DNA from: Octopus vulgaris
Taxonomy: Eukaryota
NCBI GenBank assembly: GCA_951406725.2
Contig: OX597826.1
Coordinates: 14,570,001-14,634,000 of the forward strand
Reading direction: 5' to 3'
Length of the DNA: 64,000 nucleotides
Shown: positions 13,390 through 25,710 of the stretch, piece after piece
How positions within the stretch are numbered: position 1 is the first letter of the stretch
How the letters are laid out: every line of letters starts with the position of its first letter
Program-made: the position numbers and the translations under genes
The notes under the pieces: model-generated
The model's database searches: none
What the model was told of the DNA's origin: nothing
The model's input: the letters and a program-made list of their open reading frames with translations, nothing else

Positions 13390-14217
13390 TAACCGTATAT
13401 GGTGTCGCCATCGTTGTCGTCATGATCATCGTCACCACCACCATCAGCAGCACCACTACTACCATCACCAACTCCAACACCATTACCCACCAACACCACT
13501 ATCATCGTCATCATCATCATCATCAACTTTATCATTACCGAAAATACCATCGCTATCGTCACTTTCTTCCTACTATTCCTACTCTATCATTTTCATCCTC
13601 CTTCTCCACCTCCTCCTCCTTTTCCTCTTCCTCTTCCTGCTCCTTCTTATCATTGCCATAAACATCATCTTCACCTGCTCCAATTTTCAGAAATCAATTT
13701 TTTTTGTAATGCTTTTAGATATGATGTTCTATTTTCTTTTTTATCTTAGATTCTATTTGTCTCATTGGGAAAGAATGACTACCTCTGCCTGGTCAGTAGA
13801 TTTGCTAGAAGTAGCAAGCATATCTCTATCGACTCAGCTCCTAAAATCTTAATGAGAAGGACACACTCAATAACATTGTTATAGACATGCTATGTCCCAG
13901 AGAAATAAAAGTAACCCAGCTTAAAATGCCTCTGACAAGGGTTCAGTGAATAAAGCATGTCAAGATGGCATAGTCCCTTCAAAAACACAAGAATCATCAA
14001 CCTAGAGGCAGAGTTACCTCTATGTGGTCACATAAGGAGATAGAAATAGAACTAGCATAATCTCATTCAAATAATATCCTAATGATTTAAGAAGAACACG
14101 TTGGATCATATGATCAAAGACACTTGTTCGTTGAAAAGTAATGAAATGATCATCACTGGACTGCTCCTATCATAATTCTGCTCGATCAGAGCTGACCTTC
14201 GGTTTATCGTCATTTCT

Positions 14218-14344
<127 letters not shown>

Positions 14345-14595
14345 GTGAATTAAATAATCAACATGTGAGGGATGAAAGCTATATTTGTTACTAATTTTAA
14401 CACTATGTTTCACATTCCTGACTTTTTGAACATTGAAACCAGAAGGGAGAGAAATTAAACACGTTTTCTATCAGTTCGACATTCATCCAAAATATACAGA
14501 TTCATTTTATTGGTGCATTCTTGTAGATTAACAAAAAATAGAGACGTTTATGTACCCACTATATTACCGATACTTAGATCATCTCCCCGTGTATA

Positions 14596-15843
14596 CGAGG
14601 GGCGTTCAATTAGTAATGCCTCTGCAACTATTTATATTTTCATAAATTACGTGGCAAATTACAGCTCCGAACTAATTGTAGATTCTGATTTACAGGTGTT
14701 TGAAATGAGTCAAGTGGGAAATGGAGCCTGTTGAGTGTCGAGCAGTGATCCGGTTTTTGTATTTGAAATGACGCACACCACAGGATACTTTTGATGAAAT
14801 GAAAGTAACTTATGGTGATGATGCCTCATCATATGACCTTGTAAAACGATGGCATCGTGAATTCAAACATGGTCGGAACTCTGTGGAAACAGCTCCCAGA
14901 TCTGGTCGCACCCCTTCTGCCATTGATGAGGCATCTGTCCGTCTAGTTGAGGTTGCCATTTTGGAAGATCGACGCATAACTATTCGCCAAATAGCCCATG
15001 AGGTCAAGATTAGTACCGGGTCTGTGGAAACTATCATTCATGACCATTTGCATATGCAAAAGGTGTCTGCCAGATGGATTCCCAGGTTGCTCACACTTTT
15101 CCAGAAGCAAGAACGCGTCGAGTGCTCGAGGATGAATTTAGGGATGTGCCGAGAAGATGAGTCAAAATTTTTCAAAAGACTGATTACACAGGATGAGACC
15201 TGGGTCCATCACTATGATCCAGAGACCAAAGCCCAGTCAATGCAGCGGAAGCACCATGACTCACCTCCTCCAAAGAAGGCAAGGGTGCAGCCCTCCGCTG
15301 GCAAGGTCATGCTCACAGTCTTCTGGGACCAGGACGGAGTAGTTATGACAGATTTCCTGGCAAAGGGTACCACAATTATAGGAGCCTATCATGCTTCACT
15401 TTTGAGGAAATTAAGAGAAGCTATCAAAACCAAAAGGCGGGGCAAGATCAGCAAAGGCATCCTCCTCTTGCAGGACAACGCTCCGGTCCACAACTCGCGT
15501 GTCGCCAGATCAGAAGCACAGGCGTGCGGCTATGAACACTTCCCCCATCCCCCTACTCTCCTGACCTTGCACCCTCTGATTTTCACCTCTTTCCAGCCAT
15601 GAAGTTGTTTTTGAAAGGAAAGTGTTTCCCAGATGATGCAGCCTTGATTTCTGAAGTCACGTCGTGGTTGGAGGACCAAGCTGGGGTCTTCTACGAAAAC
15701 GGTCTCCATAGCTGCATCAAACAACGGGAGAAATGCGTAACTCTGAGTTCTTCCTATGTAGGAAAAGACTAATAACTGTGCCGTGTCGTTGCTCTACTGC
15801 TATGGGAAGTTGATCAGGGGCATTACTTATTGAACACCCCTCG
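14596..15843 (+). mobile_element. Full-length mariner transposon (irritans/Himar1-like), frameshifted
   Basis: ~29-bp TIRs cgaggggcgttcaattagtaatgcctctg / caggggcattacttattgaacacccctcg, TA target duplication on both sides, 1248 bp. Confidence 0.92.
14705..15772 (+). pseudogene. Mariner D,D34D transposase pseudogene
   Basis: ORF 14799-15602 has WIPRLL, DETW, QDNAPVH; YSPDLAPSDF lies in a shifted frame; N-terminus has a frameshift and stop. Confidence 0.9.
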
Positions 15844-15899
15844 TACAAACCCACAAAATTTCAACTTCGGCGCTATTTGAACAATATATTGTTAACTTT

Positions 15900-17060
15900 T
15901 AGTGTTTTTACCAACTGCATTCTAAAAATAATCATGACTCCATCCTAAAAATAATACCGACCGACTCTAACCACCAAGAAAAAAAGTGGCGGAGGATCAA
16001 AGAAAGAATGCTACCGGCAGCCAAGAATTACCACAAAAATGACTGAAATAGTAGAATTCAAAGAGAAAAGGAAGAACAACAGAACAAACAAATGGAAATA
16101 AATGGAACTACATGGTTAATTCATTGAACAAACCGAGAATGTTGGAGGTTAAAATCGCAGATCTCATTGATGATTGGTATTTGAAACCCAAATTATAGCC
16201 GCTCAGGGAAAAAACCGTTAGAATACATCTTAAAACTCAAATATCCACAAAATTCAATCAGAGAGCGAATGTAGAATTTTCAAGAGAGATGACGACAGTA
16301 TCAAAAACCTTTTGAGCGAGTATAGCATACTAGCACAAAACAAGTAGAAGGGAAAACATGGCTGTATATGCATCGGTATGCTAGCAAAGTGTGTTGCTTC
16401 AAAACAGCAGAAAAGTTGCATGAACAAGGTCTAGAGGTTATGAAAGAAAAAGGTAATTACAAGATATTATGGGATTTCCCCGTTAAGACCGGCCATATTA
16501 CTGATGCAAGAAGACCAATCTTGATTATAGAGGACAAAGTAAGAAAACTGTATAATCATAGATTTTGTAATTACCTCTCATAGCAGAACCGGTAACAAAG
16601 AAAAACATTGAGATTTATCAGGATGTAGCAGCGAGCTGGGGATCCGGTGGAAGTCTAAGCCAACAATTATTACTGAAGTAATTGCGGCACTTGGCACAAC
16701 TCCCAAAATGCTACCTGAGAAAGGAAAACGAACAACTATGACGATTTGAAGTGGGAAATAGACAGGTTGTGGGCAATGAAATGAGTAGACATAGCAATAA
16801 TAAATTTGCTCGCTTGGAAGTAAAAATCTCACCTACCAATGTGTCTCTAAAAGATTTGTACCAATGCAAAAATAGAACACCTACAAAAGGTGTCATTATT
16901 TTGAATTGCAAGAGTCCTTCGCAGGGTTCTTGAAGTACGATCAGTAAACAAATGTCATCTTAGTCTGCCGGGTGTGAAATAAAGAAATATAGTCTGCCGG
17001 GTGTGAACAACTGACGCTTTCCATCATACCCAGCAAAATAGGCTGAAAGTTTCCATCAAA
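15900..17060 (+). mobile_element. Decayed 3' part of RLE-type non-LTR retrotransposon (R4/Dong-like)
   Basis: ETQIIAAQ, degenerate CCHC knuckle (ECRIF...SILAQNK), KILWDFPVKTGHITDARRPILIIEDK, VIAALGTTPK; followed by AAC/AAT microsatellite. Confidence 0.7.
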
Positions 17061-17072
17061 TAATTATTACAA

Positions 17073-17142
17073 TGATAATAACATTATTAACAACAATAAC
17101 AGCAACAACAACAACAACAACAACAGCAACAACAACAACAAC

Positions 17143-17206
<64 letters not shown>

Positions 17207-17298
17207 TTAATAATAATATCGATTATGTTATTGCTGTTGCTGGTAATGAGAGATGGAATAATGTTAACTTAGTAGCAAACGCCAGAGGAGAAGAAAAC

Positions 17299-17341
<43 letters not shown>

Positions 17342-17400
17342 TGCTGTTGTTGTTGTTCTTGTTGTAGTAGTGGTGGCAGTTGTGGTGGTGGTGATAAGAG
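17073..17400. repeat. (AAC)n/(AAT)n/(GTA)n microsatellites
   Basis: Direct inspection. Confidence 0.9.
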
Positions 17401-19395
17401 AAGGAGATGAAGTTGTAGTCGATTGTGCTGATAGTGAATGACAACATAAATAAACTACAATATCATTATCAACAATAGCAACGAATTTGATTCTAAACAT
17501 TTTACAATGTGCTTGCTTCAATTACAATGAAAGAATAGTCTAGATTTCATATTTTAATCTATGTACACAGTAAATAAAAGCTAAACACCCTCTTCTGCTA
17601 CTGAACGGAATTCTATAAAAGAAGCTTAAATATTATATTTCAATAATAATTTATATTCAATAATGCGATTTGTCTTTTAATACGAAAATTATTTTTAGTA
17701 CAGGATTTTATATTATATTGAAGTTGAAATTTATTGAATAAATGTGGTGATTTGAGCAGTCTAGAAGCCGGTGAAAAGTTCCAGACTAAATACGTTACGT
17801 AGGTTAAAAGTTGATTCACTGAAAGACTTAGGTAAAAATTTCTCAGTTAATTGAATTTTCTTACACAATTAGAGATAGAAAATAAAAGCCAATGTGCAAA
17901 TGTTACGTATGGAAAAAATGTTTCGGCCCATAGAAATTGCATAATTAGAAAATATAAGTGAATTTGTTGCACGTTTTCTACATGTAGAAATCTGTTGTCA
18001 ATTGATCAAACAGGCTTGAGTAATCTTTGCTATGTTGTTTATCTGCCGCCAGTCGTCGCAACAGTGAGTTACGCAGCAATGACTTACGGCTTTGACACGA
18101 TTTGATCAGCTTTTTCCATGCTGGTCACTTTTCCCTTGACTTTGCCATTTTTCATGATTATTTCCCATCCACTTCATATTCTTTTTTGCAGGATGTTTGA
18201 ATTCTCAGTTTAATTCTTCCATGGACTTTTCGCCTTGTATAGTTGGGTGTAAATGAGTTGTCCGGGGGAATCCACTGTTACCTATCATGTGTATGTTTTC
18301 CAACCAATGTAAATTTCTGTCAATGAGAATTGCCATCTTAGGAGGTACCTCAGCACGCTTAGGATCTCATCATTCATGATTTGTCAAAGAGAGTAATATT
18401 CATAATTTGTCGCAAAGATATGATCTCCCATATGCAAATAAATTAATTGATTTTCTGCAATTAATTTCTCCACATTTTCATTCCAAGCCGTTTTTCTACA
18501 GCTAAGAGGGAAAATTCAATTAAGAGATCATTTAATGAGTACATCACTCAGTATGTCCCACCTCAACCTATTCAATGAGATTTATAACATTGGCTCACTC
18601 AGGTTATTACATTCATTTCATTTATTAGATGAATTGTTTTTGGTAAATTTCCACTCGGAAAGGGAATCTTATTGAAAGGCGTAACAGGGATCAATTAAAC
18701 CAGCTGTTTTCCCCCTGTGAAATATTGACGCCTTACACCAATGCACGAATTAATCATTACTGTAACAAGATTAAGCCATATTAAACAAGAGGTAGATTTC
18801 GGGAAAGCTATGGCTACTGCATATTCATTCCTACTGCGAGTGATTCCCGTTTTGATTCTTCTAGAAATTTATGGCCATGTTCCAAAGCAAACAGTGCTGA
18901 AAAATCACAATATGTAATATAATCAATAATGTAATAGAACGTCAGTGCAATGTTCATCTTCTCACTGCCCCACCATGAAGCAGTAAAAGCATACAGCTTT
19001 CTCAATCAATACGTATGTATATATGTTATTTAATGTACATTGGAATGAAAGCTACTAATAATTAATTGCTATTGAGACATTTTGGATAGGCAAATTTTTA
19101 TAACGTGTTCTGCGTCTCCAAGAACTCTCAGGCCCCGAGAAAATGTACCACTAATTTGAAAATAGAATGCTGGTACATGAGAATCCACGAGAAAAAACAT
19201 GAGAAAAATGATGCGAAAAGTCGAATGGGAAGACAATGGTTGAATGAAAGCGGATCAGTAAACTTTCTCTCTCTCTCTATCTCTCTGTCTCTCTGTATAT
19301 ATATATATGTGTGTGTGTGTATAAGTGTGTGTGCAAGTATATACATATGTCTGTGTGTGTGTTTGTGTGCGCGTGTGTGTGTATATGTACATATA

Positions 19396-20623
19396 CAGGG
19401 TGTCCTAAAAAAATGTATACACACTTTAGCAGCTGATAACTCAATTGATATTTTTTCTATAGGATTTAATGATGGCAGTCAGATTAAGCTTTGAACCAAG
19501 AAAATTCATTCTAAAATGATACTGGAAGTGTGAAAATGCAGTTGAAGTACAAAAACAGTTGGGGAGGGAGTTTCAAACAGATCCACCAATGCAACTCCCC
19601 ATCACTTGAATTAGAGATAAGTTTGAAGCTGATGGAACTGTTCAGAATGTCCACGATAAGCATTCCAGAAGACCCCGGACATCAACAACCCCAACAAAGC
19701 AAGGAGTACTGAAAATGAATCACCAAAGTCCAAGAAAATCTGTACGGCAAAGCGAGTCATGGAGTAGGTATTCCAAAATCATCTGTCCAATGCATTTTGA
19801 AGCATTGTCAATGGAAAAGTTACATTCCAAGATTAGTCCATGCTATTAATGATGATGATCCAGACGAAAGAGTGCAGCATTGCGAGTGGTACTTAGAACG
19901 ATGTGTAGAAGCTGCACACTTTCCAACAAAAATTGTGTGGAGTGATGAAGCCACATTCAAATTAAATGGTTCAATTAACTGCCACAGTTGCACCTACTAG
20001 GGTCCTGCATGTTATGGTGAAACACCATGTTAATTTGATATTTGTGTGGTGTGGTGTGGTTTATCATCAAGAGGATTAATTGGACCATTCTTTTTTTATG
20101 TTACTGTGACTGGTCCCGTTTACTTGAACTTGTTGCAACAGTCTGTTATGCCAAGCATTAGCGAAGACTTTGAAGATGAGGAGTTTTATTTTCAGCAAGA
20201 TGGGGGCACCCCCACACTACCATTGCTATGTTAGATCCTTCCTTGATGAGATCTTGCTAAACAGGTGGATTGGATGAAGAGGTATGGTTGAATTCACCAG
20301 ACCTCACACCACTAGACTTTTCTTTATGGGGATACCTTAAAGACAAATTCTACGCTATGAAACCTACAAGTCGCTGATTTGAGAGCAGCCATTGGACGAG
20401 AGTGCACACAAATACCAAACAAATTCTTTTGTGACATTTGTGATTCCATTCCTTTGCGTTGTCAGCAGTGCCTAGACCAGACCGGACATCAGTTTGAAAA
20501 CAGGCATTGACAAAACAATAAAATAATGTCTGTAGATTCTATTAAATTTTGAAAATGAAGTGTCTTTTAATAAACAACTACTTTACAATTGTTTAAAGTG
20601 TGCATACATTTTTTGGGGACACC

Positions 20624-20626
<3 letters not shown>
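19396..20626 (+). mobile_element. Full-length Tc1/mariner-superfamily transposon (DD41D/rosa-like), decayed
   Basis: TIRs cagggtgtcctaaaaaaatgtatacacacttt / aaagtgtgcatacattttttggggacaccctg, TA duplication; [32 protein letters not shown], SPDLTPLDFxLWG in broken frames. Confidence 0.88.
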
Positions 20627-20681
<55 letters not shown>

Positions 20682-20871
20682 TAAGTAATTAAGGGTTTAG
20701 CAACGAATTGCCTCACCAACACACCGAATTTAGAAATAGCAGTCAAAGAGATATAGCTATTCCTTCTACTAAAGGGGGATCTCAGTAAAAACACAGCACT
20801 TGAAAGGCAAACACAGACAGGTAAGAAAGAAAGAATGAAATGACGGCAATCTATCATGCAATTTTAAGTTA

Positions 20872-20963
20872 CCTACGGACGTACGTTTCGAGATCAAGTT
20901 TTAGGATAGCATAAGAATTAGAAAATTCTAATTTACCCAAACTTCTTCTCTCATCGGCGCAGG
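20872..20963 (-). ncRNA. Type I hammerhead ribozyme with extended stem II (U4C core variant)
   Basis: CCUGCG-CCGAUGA-GAGA[~53 nt structured]UCUC-GAAA-CGUACG-UC-CGUAGG. Confidence 0.8.
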
Positions 20964-21379
20964 ATACGACAATTATGAATAATTGTATATTAAATTTTGA
21001 GATACTAGAATGCATCATCTCAACTCAGTGTCAGAGCGAGCCAAAGCATGACCAGTACCACGAAATTCAAAGTTTGAATGAAAGTTTGTGTCACCAGCCC
21101 CCTTCCACCCGCGTGTAGCCAAGACAAAATGCTGCGGTCATTTACTGGGATAAAATATGGTTATCAGTAATAATAAAGGGTGAAATTAATTAATTAGGGA
21201 TAATTATCAATTACACCAAGTAGATTTCGGCATGTGACAAGGGGGCTGGTGACACAAACTTTCATTCAAACTTTGAATTTCGTGGTACTGGTCATGCTTT
21301 GGCTCGCTCTGACACTGAGTTGAGATGATGCATTCTAGTATCTCAAAATTTAATATACAATTATTCATAATTGTCGTAT

Positions 21380-21468
21380 CCTGCGATGAGAGAAGAAGTT
21401 TGGGTAAAGTAGAATTTTCTAATTCTTATGCTATCCTAAAACTTGATCTCGAAACGTACGTCCGTAGG
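21380..21468 (+). ncRNA. Hammerhead copy with 3-nt deletion in the catalytic core (probably inactive)
   Basis: CCUGCG-(CCG missing)AUGA-GAGA...UCUC-GAAA-CGUACG-UC-CGUAGG; otherwise nearly identical to 20872-20963. Confidence 0.75.
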
Positions 21469-21753
21469 TAACTTAAAATTGCATGATAGATTGCCGTCAT
21501 TTCATTCTTTCTTTCTTATGTCTGTGTTTGCCTTTCAAGTGCTGTGTTTTTACTGAGATCCCCCTTTTAGTAGAAGGAATAGCTATATCTCTTTGACTGC
21601 TATTTCTAAATTCGGTGTGTTGGTGAGGCAATTCGTTGCTAAACCCTTAATTACTTAGTATTACTTAAATTTTCCTCGAATGGGGCTTCTACATGCCGAA
21701 ATCTACTTGGTGTAATTGATAATTATCCCTAATTAATTAATTTCACCCTTTAT

Positions 21754-21806
<53 letters not shown>

Positions 21807-21809
<3 letters not shown>

Positions 21810-22429
21810 CAGCATGTAAAGGACCAATTCATGTCAAAGAGAGTAATATTCATAAATAATTAGGGATCAGCAAACGATTTGCGTCACCACATACTGAAGT
21901 TTAGAAATAGCAGTCAAATTCTTGGCTATTCTTTCTACTTTAAAGGGAGATCCCAGAGGAACCGAAGCACTCAAAAGCAAACCACGCAGGTAGAAGGGAA
22001 AAAAGACGAAACTCATTCTATAATAAGTTGCCTACGGACGCGCATTTCGGAATTAAGTCAGAATAGAGCACAAATAATAAATAATTATACTTTACCTGAC
22101 TATTTTCCTCATCAGCGTAGGATTCTTCAACTATAAATAATTGTGTCTCAATCATTAATAATTGTGTATTAAATTTGAAGGCACTGGGAACCGCCATTTC
22201 ACCTCACGGTATCAGAGAGAATGTGTAGCTTGCCAGTACCACCAAATTCAAAAGAGTGATTGAGAGTAGGTTAACTCTCCCCTGTCCACCAGCGCGTTGT
22301 CAAAGTAAGATACTATAGTTTTTTTTTTATGGGAGAAAATACCATTATCAGTAATACCAAAAGGGTGAAATTAATTAATTACGAAGTAATCATTAATTTC
22401 ACCATGTAGAATTCAGCATGTAAAGGTCC
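21807..22429 (-). mobile_element. One full 604-nt monomer (plus terminal redundancy) of a diverged subfamily of the same HHR unit
   Basis: attcagcatgtaaagg at 21807 and 22411; collinear similarity to the 20679-21758 unit (ttagaaatagcagtcaaa, ccagtaccac, aagggtgaaattaattaatta). Confidence 0.8.
22031..22121 (-). ncRNA. Canonical-core type I hammerhead ribozyme with extended stem II
   Basis: CCUACG-CUGAUGA-GGAA(aau)AGUCAG...CUGACU(uaa)UUCC-GAAA-UGCGCG-UC-CGUAGG. Confidence 0.88.
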
Positions 22430-22800
22430 TTACCACTCTTTGTCTTCACTCTCGTTACCAATGTATCCTTATGCCTTTCGCTTTTCTCATCTCTACATAT
22501 GACTACGCATTCTGATAAATTCTACCACCACAACTGGTAAACAGAAATGATCGTGAATGAACTATTACTACCACTGCTCTTTATTAATTAATTAGATAAA
22601 TAGCTCACTACCGCAAACGACTTTCTTCTTCCTGTTATTTTCCTCCATTTACTTCTTGTATATAATTTAAACTACGGTTTACCCGTTGAATTACCTGCTA
22701 CCGTATACCTTTACCAAGGACTGTACCTACGCAGCTAATCACCAGGAGCGCCTTTGGATTTGACCATCCCTTAGAGGTTTTAAACACCTCTAATTTATAT

Positions 22801-22811
22801 CTACATATGTG

Positions 22812-22886
<75 letters not shown>

Positions 22887-22965
22887 ACATATATATATAT
22901 GTATTCATATATATGTATGTATATATGTGTATGCATATATGTATGTATGTATATATGTATGTGTG

Positions 22966-23022
<57 letters not shown>

Positions 23023-23025
23023 ATA
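22801..23025. repeat. (TA)n/(TATG)n microsatellite
   Basis: Direct inspection. Confidence 0.95.
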
Positions 23026-23360
23026 CCACTCATTAATATTAATGAATATCATAACTTCACGTATCTTTACAATAGTTTGTGCGTGTGGAGCATACAGCTG
23101 TCAATCTATTCTGTCTAACCCTGTTACAAACTTTATCTTGTTTGGTGGAAATAACCTATATAAGAACAGATTTAGTAATTGTAGCCTTTGAGAATGCGAT
23201 TCGATTATTTTTCTGTAACCTGCACTGACCCATTCATATTTGTACTGTTGAAAGGGAAATAAAGTTCTTGACCCGATATTAATTCTCTGGAGAAATATAT
23301 TTATTTCAAATTTCTTTGTTTCTCTAAATATTTTCTAGAAACCAAAAGTATTATTTCGTT

Positions 23361-23684
23361 TGTGGATTTGGTTTGCAAGATTCTTTACGTGAGTTCGTGT
23401 GTTGAAGCATATTCTGTTGTGTCTGGGGAGAGTCATTCTCTTTTGTTGCCTTATAATTTAACACGCTCACCGGTAAAATTTCCACTTATTACTTTTTTAT
23501 CTCTAAAATTTTCGTTGCATCTTGCAACCTTTTCAATAGTCTTGACTCAAAACTATTCAAAAGGTTGCAAGACGTAATGAAAATTTTAGAAAAATCAGAA
23601 AAAGAAATAAGTGGAAATTTTACCGGTGAGTGTGTTAAATTATAAGCCATTAAAAGAGAATGACTCTCCCCAGACACCACAGAA
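23361..23684. mobile_element. Fold-back (palindromic) element, ~270-bp hairpin
   Basis: 23412-~23540 pairs with ~23550-23684 (gtgtctggggagagtcattctctttt / aaaagagaatgactctccccagacac); flanked by aaaagtattat(t)tcgtt direct repeats. Confidence 0.75.
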
Positions 23685-23782
23685 AAGTATTATTCGTTCA
23701 TCAATATTTCTAATCGACTTGCTCCCTCCCCCAAAATTTCGGGCCTTGTACCTAGAGTAGAGAAGAATAATTCTTAAATTTT

Positions 23783-24160
23783 AAGGTGGCGAGCTGGCTG
23801 AAACGTTAGCACGCCGGGCGAAATGCTTTGCGGTATTTTGTCTGCCGCTACGTTCTGAGTTCAAATTCCGCCGAGGTCGACTTTGCCTTTCATCCTTTCG
23901 GGGTCGATTAAATAAGTACCAATTATGCACTGGGGACGATATAATCGATTTAATTCGTTTGTCTGTCCTTGTTTGTCCTCTCTGTGTTTAGCCCCCTGTG
24001 GGTAGTAAAGAAATAGGTATTTCATCTATCTTTGAGTTCTAATTCCTCCGAGGTCAACTTCGCCTTCCATCATTTGGGGGTCGGTAAATTAAGTACCAGT
24101 TGCGTACTAGGATTGATCTAATCGACTGGCCCCCTCCCCAAAAGTTTCGGATCTCAAATT
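23783..24160 (+). mobile_element. tRNA-derived SINE (family B), internally duplicated
   Basis: ggcgagctggc head, gagttcaaattcc B-box, core gtcgactttgcctttcatcctttcggggtcga repeated; matches 55662-56279; degenerate copy at ~24227-24400. Confidence 0.8.
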
Positions 24161-25710
24161 TTATGTTTAATCTTAGTTTAATTTTTACTGTCAGTGTAAA
24201 CCGTTTCGTAATGTTTCCATGATTATAAGGCGGCAAAAAGGTTTATCGGAATCTCGTCTGCCTGTACGTTCTGAGTTCAAATTCTTCTGAGGTCGACTTT
24301 GCTTTTCATCTTTTCAGGGTTCATAAAATGAGCTGCTGGGTCGATGTATTTGATATAGCCACTCCCCGAAACCACTGATTTGGTGCCAAAATTTGAAACC
24401 AGTATTTCCCAGATTGTTCATTTGACAGAAAAGAAAAAGCGTCAGCCCATTATCATTTGTTGGTCTCCACACCACCAACCGGCTTGACATAGTATTCAAA
24501 ATTCCCTGAAAGAAGGACCGGTTAGATAGCTAATTCTCGATACACTGTCTAAAATAAAGATGAAATGATTCCGTTGATACACCATTGGTCCTATATATGC
24601 TCATTCACGTGCACTTGTTGCTAAACAAGAACGACAACCGTAAATTGGAGTTTGGAATATAGATACCCAATGCCCCTTCATCTTAGTGATTTAAAAATAA
24701 ATTAACACCTATCATCATCATTAGTTATTATCAGATCCAACGAGAGGACGTCGCTAGAACTGCTAGAAATAGCAGCAATGACCCCACCTATGAAATTACA
24801 TTCAACCATATTATAAAAAGATACACTGGATTGTGGGGTCATGGTTCCTTGCACACACGAGAAAGGCGGGATGGTCATAGTTAGAATGCCTACGTTCGTA
24901 TAGCTGCTATGCGAGAGCTATACAGGTAAAAAGCAACAATGATTATCTACATCAAGCATGACGTCAATACTATCATCATCATCATCATCATTATCATCAT
25001 CATCATCATCATCATCATCATCGTCATCATCAACATCATCATAAACATCCTATAATTATTCACATCGTTCTTGTACAAATAATTATTACTGCAGTCATCG
25101 TCGTAATCTGTAACATCACATTGCATTTCCCACCATTTTTGTGTCTCTCTCATCACTCTACTAAACATACCATCCCATGGCTTTAATTATAAATATCTGA
25201 ACATAATCATCATCACGATATTAGCAACGTTCCTACAGTCATTACTTTATTTATTACATCACTACCACTGCTGTGATCTTCGTCTCCGATATTAAGATCA
25301 TTAATATTTTAACCATCGTCATCAAAATTATCATGATTACCATCGTCCTTATAAATATCATGGACATTTATACTCTTTCTTCGTCACAATAATTATGATG
25401 ATTCATTTCACCGTCGTCATCATTATCATCATCACCACTACCACCACCACCATTATCATCATCATCATCAGCAGCAGCAGCAGAAGCAGCAGCAGTATTA
25501 TCACCATCATCATCATTCCCATCCTTCTCACATAATTCGTCATCATTATCATAAGAATGCTACGACCACTGGCATGCTGTAGCAACACATTATTTAAGTC
25601 ACTCCTTCACTTATCTAATTTGTGCATTTACGCTTTTTTCTTTGTGTTGTGACTTCATTTAAAATGTTCTCTGGGCTTTTTACTGCACAGAAACAAATCT
25701 CTCAAACCAA

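Larger units (their letters stand above)
20679..21758. mobile_element. Two divergently joined, circularly permuted copies of a ~585-nt HHR-bearing non-coding unit in a (TA)n tract
   Basis: 20679-21104 is the near-perfect reverse complement of 21239-21660; 21168-21235 is the reverse complement of 21691-21758; (TA)n on both flanks. Confidence 0.85.

Noticed and set aside
21879-22136. 85-aa ORF within the HHR monomer
   Set aside because: Antisense to the ribozyme, non-ATG start, not evidently preserved in the sister subfamily
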